Position numbers and translations under genes: made by a program. Positions 59,473-64,000 of a DNA stretch of 64,000 bases are shown piece after piece. A model generated the notes under the pieces. It was not told where the DNA came from. It ran no database searches and saw only the letters and a program-made list of their open reading frames with translations. This DNA is from a virus, in IMG/VR virus record IMGVR_UViG_3300045988_120604; one strand, written 5' to 3'. How positions within the stretch are numbered: the stretch's first letter is position 1; each line of letters opens with the position of its first letter.

Positions 59473-59861
59473 AGTTTTATTAATCTACAGTTACTATCTT
59501 CAAATACCGGAACCTTCCCTTGTTCTCTAAAATAAGCAGTGGCCACCTTGAAAGCATAAAGCGGATTTACTTTCTGGATTTCTTGTTGTGATTTATAGAA
59601 AGATACTGGCTGGCATACATAGAAGTTTTCATTGCCAAGGCAACCGAAAAGCCAATCCATATTGGATCCACTGCAATTAGTACCTCCAAGTACGATCATA
59701 TCGCACCCGGTCTTTCTTGTTCCCAAAATAAATGCCTTGTTCTTATTCTCTGGCTGCATAAATATCTCCTTGTCGATTATAAACCAGTCACTCTGGCAGT
59801 TCTCTACATCCCGGCGAACGATTTCGTCAATTTCATGGGCATATTCTTCTTGTGTTTTCAT
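59469..59861 (-). CDS. Hypothetical protein (likely start MKTQEEY)
   Basis: ORF. Confidence 0.45.
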   Translation of the reverse strand: MKTQEEYAHEIDEIVRRDVENCQSDWFIIDKEIFMQPENKNKAFILGTRKTGCDMIVLGGTNCSGSNMDWLFGCLGNENFYVCQPVSFYKSQQEIQKVNPLYAFKVATAYFREQGKVPVFEDSNCRLIKL

Positions 59862-59899
59862 AAGATATGTTATTAAAAAATGATAACTGAATGTATTTC

Positions 59900-60313
59900 T
59901 TAAAAGAAACTCCAACAAAATGTTACGATAAATTCTCCCATCCCGTATTCAGCAAGTTGCTTAAATGATTCTATCCCATTACAATAATAAAAAACATCAT
60001 CATTATCATCATCGTTGATACTCAGCGATAGTTTGATTGTCGCTCTTTTATCGTCTCCTGTCTCCTTCCATACAATCTGACATTCTACGTATTCAGGCTC
60101 CTTACCTGTTCTTTCTACAAATTCATGAAATCTTAAATCAATTTCATGTTTGACTTCTTCAACGTTAGATATTATTACCTCATTTTCACAATCCCCGCAA
60201 ATAGCATGCGCGAAAGATCCATCAAAATAATCTATTATTTCTCTGGTATTCGGATTTACTATGGCTTCACAAGCAACCTTTGTTCCACCACATCTTGTAC
60301 ATATATATCCCAT
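59900..60313 (-). CDS. Zinc-ribbon protein (137 aa; CTRCGG...CGDC)
   Basis: Cys pairs. Confidence 0.5.
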   Translation of the reverse strand: MGYICTRCGGTKVACEAIVNPNTREIIDYFDGSFAHAICGDCENEVIISNVEEVKHEIDLRFHEFVERTGKEPEYVECQIVWKETGDDKRATIKLSLSINDDDNDDVFYYCNGIESFKQLAEYGMGEFIVTFCWSFF

Positions 60314-60348
60314 AATTATCTTCTTTTAAAATGTTCAATAATTTCATC

Positions 60349-60516
60349 TACTGTAACCTTACGCCATGTGATGCAGCCCGCGTCTCCCCTGAACCGGAGC
60401 TCTTCGCACTTTACCCCACCTGTCTCCTGTGGCGTCCGTCACTATCAGCCGTTGACCTGAATCAGTATTATTTGTAATTCTTTGGTGTTCTTTCTGATAA
60501 TACACCCTCATGATCC
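60349..60516 (-). CDS. Small ORF (55 aa; MRVYYQKEHQRI...) containing a GC-rich patch
   Basis: Strong SD aaggagatgggggg upstream of the ATG; fills a 213-nt gap. Confidence 0.3.
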
Positions 60517-60526
60517 CCCCATCTCC

Positions 60527-61327
60527 TTATTTTTTCAGATTATGTTTTTTCATTATTTCTTCTATCAATTCGTCTGTTTCCATATAATAATCCCAACAGG
60601 AATCAACCTCTTCCCATTCTTCTCCCTCTTCATCCTCCCTGGATTTATCTTTGTATTTCTTGACAAATTTCACTTTCTTTTCAAGCACGTACCCCTTTAC
60701 ATCTCCCCATATCCACATACCTATGGATTTCACTTCATCATCAATCAATTTGTCAATTTTGGTTTTCCAATCGGAAGTATTATTACTAACCATTTTTGTG
60801 TACCTCTCCTTTGTACAGAAAGCTATACCTTTAACATAATCCCCTTGACTGTATCCTGTTGTGGACCATTCTTTGACAAATATATCCTTGCCTAAGTCTG
60901 AAAGAATCTGAATCAATTCTTCACATCCTAAGTCTTCTGTAAATTCATACGTATAATCATACGTGTAAAGATCTAATGGAGAAATGCTAAAAATTTCTTT
61001 ATAATACCACATTTTATCATGGTTATCATATCTCAGTCGACAACCGTCAATCTTGCCTTTCTTAAAATAATTCAGCAAGTCTTTCCATTTAACATATTCA
61101 CTAATAAGTTCATGTAGTGCATCTATAAGTGAGTGCCGACTATCTCCGTATTTACCAAACACTTCTCTCCAATCGCACACATCTTGCAGTCGAGGTAAAT
61201 AGATACATTCCCATAAGAAACATGCTGCCATATCCCAACTTTCACAAGGACATATACTGTCGGTATCATAGTATATTTTTATACGATAATTCCCTACTTC
61301 TTTTGTTGTAATAAGTCTGTCTTCCAT
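60527..61327 (-). CDS. Hypothetical protein (266 aa)
   Basis: ORF. Confidence 0.55.
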   Translation of the reverse strand: MEDRLITTKEVGNYRIKIYYDTDSICPCESWDMAACFLWECIYLPRLQDVCDWREVFGKYGDSRHSLIDALHELISEYVKWKDLLNYFKKGKIDGCRLRYDNHDKMWYYKEIFSISPLDLYTYDYTYEFTEDLGCEELIQILSDLGKDIFVKEWSTTGYSQGDYVKGIAFCTKERYTKMVSNNTSDWKTKIDKLIDDEVKSIGMWIWGDVKGYVLEKKVKFVKKYKDKSREDEEGEEWEEVDSCWDYYMETDELIEEIMKKHNLKK

Positions 61328-61339
61328 GTTTTTTATATT

Positions 61340-61831
61340 TTAAATAGTTTTTAACTTCTCATCAATAAATGCATCTATTACATCATAGTATGAACCATTA
61401 AAATCATAATTTTCATATTTTTCCGTAAACTCTTTAGCCCACTCTTGAATGATGTTAAATGACTCTTCTCTGCTACATTCTTTTAGTCCTGATAGATAAT
61501 CCACAGCTTCCACCGATAACTCTTGTAGATTTCGTAAGTAATTCAAATCTATGCTATATGGTAGCTTACCTACTTCTATGCATACATAATGACCTTGTTT
61601 AAAGGCATCCTGCAAGTCTTCAAGATTCTCTATTAATGACTCATACTCATCATCTACCCTCACCTTGTATAACTCAAAATCTTCATTTTCTGCCGACACC
61701 CATATCTTGTAGGCTTTTTCGTTGGACAATCTTTTCCAAACAAATCCGTCACTGAATATTATCAAGTTGTCTGTTACAATCGTGTTTTTCATAACCATTT
61801 TACTCATTGACTCCACATATTTCCATATCAA
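61340..61831 (-). CDS. Hypothetical protein (163 aa)
   Basis: ORF. Confidence 0.5.
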   Translation of the reverse strand: MIWKYVESMSKMVMKNTIVTDNLIIFSDGFVWKRLSNEKAYKIWVSAENEDFELYKVRVDDEYESLIENLEDLQDAFKQGHYVCIEVGKLPYSIDLNYLRNLQELSVEAVDYLSGLKECSREESFNIIQEWAKEFTEKYENYDFNGSYYDVIDAFIDEKLKTI

Positions 61832-61981
61832 TCACCTTACTCTCATGATAAACCGGAATGGAAAAATTATAACCCATGTCGTTTACCAGTTCTTCTACTT
61901 CTGAATATGTCATATCAGAAGGGCATTCTATGTCGATTTTGACGGTTACATATACACTTTCTGTTTTCATACACATTTAAA

Positions 61982-62257
61982 TTACAAAGTAAATACTATG
62001 TATCTGACACCATAACTGTTATGTTTGTATGATACCGAGAAACCCTCAGAACGAGCAAAATCAATTGCCACCTGTTCATGTGCCATACGAATCGTGTTAC
62101 CGTTAGGCGATACATCGGTTTCTCGAATATGCTTGTCGCAAATAAAACTTGCATATCCATACGCCTTAATTAGACGAGAGATTTTACTAATAAATTCGTC
62201 CTTACTAAATGGTGCTTCTTGCGCTATTTCCATACGCAATTTTTCTGCTGCTGTCAT
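61982..62257 (-). CDS. Hypothetical protein (91 aa)
   Basis: ORF. Confidence 0.45.
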   Translation of the reverse strand: MTAAEKLRMEIAQEAPFSKDEFISKISRLIKAYGYASFICDKHIRETDVSPNGNTIRMAHEQVAIDFARSEGFSVSYKHNSYGVRYIVFTL

Positions 62258-62261
62258 AATA

Positions 62262-62576
62262 TTAATCTGTTATTTTATAATAATAATCAAGTTCCTCTCC
62301 CTTAAAGTTGTTCATGGCATACTCGTCAGCTTCCCGCCACAACCGGTCATACAATGCAGCCAGTTCACGATTGCTTTCATAATGCTGCCAGATTTTATGA
62401 TTCAATATCATCGTCAATTCTGTAAAGAACTTATAATCGTCTTTCCATTCATTAAACGCTCTTTTGTAGGTATCTTTGACACCTGCTATACCATACTTGT
62501 CGGCTATGCTGAAATCTTCCCAAAAGGTAGTTATCAGGTCATAGCCTATTTCTTTCATAAATTCTTTGAATGTCAT
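62262..62576 (-). CDS. Hypothetical protein (104 aa)
   Basis: ORF. Confidence 0.5.
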   Translation of the reverse strand: MTFKEFMKEIGYDLITTFWEDFSIADKYGIAGVKDTYKRAFNEWKDDYKFFTELTMILNHKIWQHYESNRELAALYDRLWREADEYAMNNFKGEELDYYYKITD

Positions 62577-62579
62577 ATC

Positions 62580-63185
62580 CTAATCATTATCGTTGTAAAA
62601 GAACTCTTCAAAATCTTGTTCCCAATCACAACATGGATGTTTTTGTATTGATTCAAAGAAATCAAAAACCTCTTCACATAATTCATATTCTTCATTCTTT
62701 TTCTCTACAGGAGTCACACATACGCTATATGTGCAATACCCCGCCATTCCTTCTGCTATCTGACATCTGTATGGCAACGGATACGTATCACTCTTCCCTG
62801 TTATAGCTTTGTTCATCTTATGTATGGTAGGCCTCGTATCTACGCCATGTTTTTGTTTTATTGTTCCTTCAAACATGATAGCTTCGCATAATCCATACTG
62901 AAGAGTCAGACTTCCACTTGTATTAGTTATGCTGTCTGGATAAATCCAATTCCATAACAGTTTATTTAGTCCTTCTAAATTGATACGCCCTACATAATTA
63001 TGTTCTACGCACCCATTATCACTTTCTTCTAAAGGTATTACGTCTCTACTTGAACATTTATCTATGAAGTATTTGCCCTTTTTCAAATCTGATATAGCTT
63101 CAGATGAATATGTCTTATCTGTTCCTATACCAAACTGGAAAGATATCAAGACTATAAAACTTAGGTTTTCTATCTTTGTTTTCAT
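62580..63185 (-). CDS. Predicted secreted Cys-rich protein (signal-peptide-like N-terminus)
   Basis: MKTKIENLSFIVLISFQFGIG h-region; more than 8 Cys. Confidence 0.45.
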   Translation of the reverse strand: MKTKIENLSFIVLISFQFGIGTDKTYSSEAISDLKKGKYFIDKCSSRDVIPLEESDNGCVEHNYVGRINLEGLNKLLWNWIYPDSITNTSGSLTLQYGLCEAIMFEGTIKQKHGVDTRPTIHKMNKAITGKSDTYPLPYRCQIAEGMAGYCTYSVCVTPVEKKNEEYELCEEVFDFFESIQKHPCCDWEQDFEEFFYNDND

Positions 63186-63423
63186 GTTATTTTGTTTTTG
63201 TCCAACACCAAAAATTCACAGCATATTTCCCAGTAGTTATAAATATCTTACCTCCTCCTATCTCCGCAAGTATGTTCTTTCCAAATATCCTTGTAAGAAG
63301 TGGTATGTGCTTTGCATCTATAGGTAAATCCTGGGTTTCTTTTATAGGTCTATATGGCACAGAAGACAAGAAACTTCGATTCTCCCGACTCCACTAAGTA
63401 TAATAGCTTCATGATTTATCTCT

Positions 63424-63903
63424 TTAGATGTAAGTTATGCTGCCAACATTAATCTGCATTATATCATTTTCCAGCGTAATGAAATTATTTTGTTTTATGG
63501 GTCCAAACATCAATCCATATACACTTACTGTATTAAACAGCCTAACAGTGTGAAAATCTTCATTTGGCTCTACCCTGTTTTTATCCCAATATCCCAAATC
63601 GTTGATAGTTGCCGGGAATCCTCCTACGTCGTTATACTTATAGTAATCGTTTTGATTGAAAACGATTCCCTTTATTAACAGGTTCCCGATGCTTTTCGTG
63701 TTGAATCCGGACAACGCGATCTGCTCTGAGATATAACTAATCAAACAGTTATGATACGTGTTTGGCTTATCTCCTCTCTCGTTAATAATTTTCTTCCATT
63801 TCTTCGTTAATGGAACCCTAATATCCATATATGTACCAAATACGACTATGTTAGGACATTCTCCTTCAAACTTCGTTAAATCTTCTACTCTCATAATTAA
63901 CAA
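63424..63903 (-). CDS. Hypothetical protein (159 aa)
   Basis: ORF. Confidence 0.5.
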   Translation of the reverse strand: MLIMRVEDLTKFEGECPNIVVFGTYMDIRVPLTKKWKKIINERGDKPNTYHNCLISYISEQIALSGFNTKSIGNLLIKGIVFNQNDYYKYNDVGGFPATINDLGYWDKNRVEPNEDFHTVRLFNTVSVYGLMFGPIKQNNFITLENDIMQINVGSITYI

Positions 63904-63928
63904 ACATTTGTATTGTTTTCGTCGTTCA

Positions 63929-64000
63929 CTATCTGACTAATGTACGGTCCTGGCCACAGACAGCCAGGCCGACCTCATGGCAGGGCAGGCGCCGCCTTAC
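63929..64000 (-). CDS. 3' end of a minus-strand gene entering from beyond the window; GC-rich
   Basis: Open frame from the window edge down to a stop at 63929-63931. Confidence 0.3.
   Translation of the reverse strand, partial: VRRRLPCHEVGLAVCGQDRTLVR

Noticed and set aside
60146-60460. 104-aa plus-strand ORF in the minus-strand block
   Set aside because: It is antisense to gene 59900..60313 and to the candidate small minus ORF, and is out of context with the unidirectional operon. Likely spurious.
1-64000. Stop-codon reassignment (TAG or TGA recoding), as seen in some crAss-like and Lak phages
   Set aside because: All large genes are uninterrupted under the standard code, with no in-frame stops needing suppression.

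Overview
This 64-kb window is a low-GC (~35%) tailed-phage genome segment organised as two convergent blocks. I could not place any capsid, portal or terminase gene in it by eye. The architecture most resembles a Crassvirales-like or other large podovirus-like phage, but that assignment is tentative. The window shows both Shine-Dalgarno-type ribosome-binding sites and Bacteroides-like -7 promoter motifs.

**Plus-strand block (1 to ~38.6 kb).** This is a virion/structural-type block made of very large ORFs of 967, 1007, 970, 1007, 2135, 752 and 2140 aa.
- One 1007-aa protein carries two peptidoglycan-hydrolase domains: a GH24 (T4-lysozyme-like) N-terminus and a phage-tail-lysozyme-like C-terminus.
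- The block also holds a KilA-N protein and a small HExxH protein.
- An 850-bp non-coding region contains a perfect tandem 2x172-bp repeat plus iteron-like motifs, sitting next to a basic 378-aa protein.
- An accessory island contains two convergently oriented IS200/IS605-family tnpB genes that bracket a Bro-N/KilA-C antirepressor gene. The plus-strand tnpB has an intact RuvC D-E-D triad but no zinc-finger cysteines. The minus-strand tnpB is frameshifted and flanked by ~24-bp inverted repeats.
- A cluster of small translationally coupled ORFs follows the island.

**Minus-strand block (~38.7 to 63.9 kb).** This is a replication/accessory block.
- Replication and recombination genes include a TOPRIM/zinc-ribbon primase, a DnaB-family helicase, a DEAH-box SF2 helicase, a Cas4/RecB-like PD-(D/E)XK nuclease with a Cys cluster, and a possible NinG/Rap-like protein.
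- An unusual NfeD + flotillin (SPFH) membrane-protein pair is present.
- There is a second KilA-N paralog and many small hypothetical, zinc-ribbon or Cys-rich ORFs.

**Other notable signals.** There are 17 or more short (60-100 bp) in-frame GC/GC3-rich patches scattered through genes on both strands. There are also several rho-independent terminators and a truncated paralog fragment.

All functional calls come from motif recognition by eye only.
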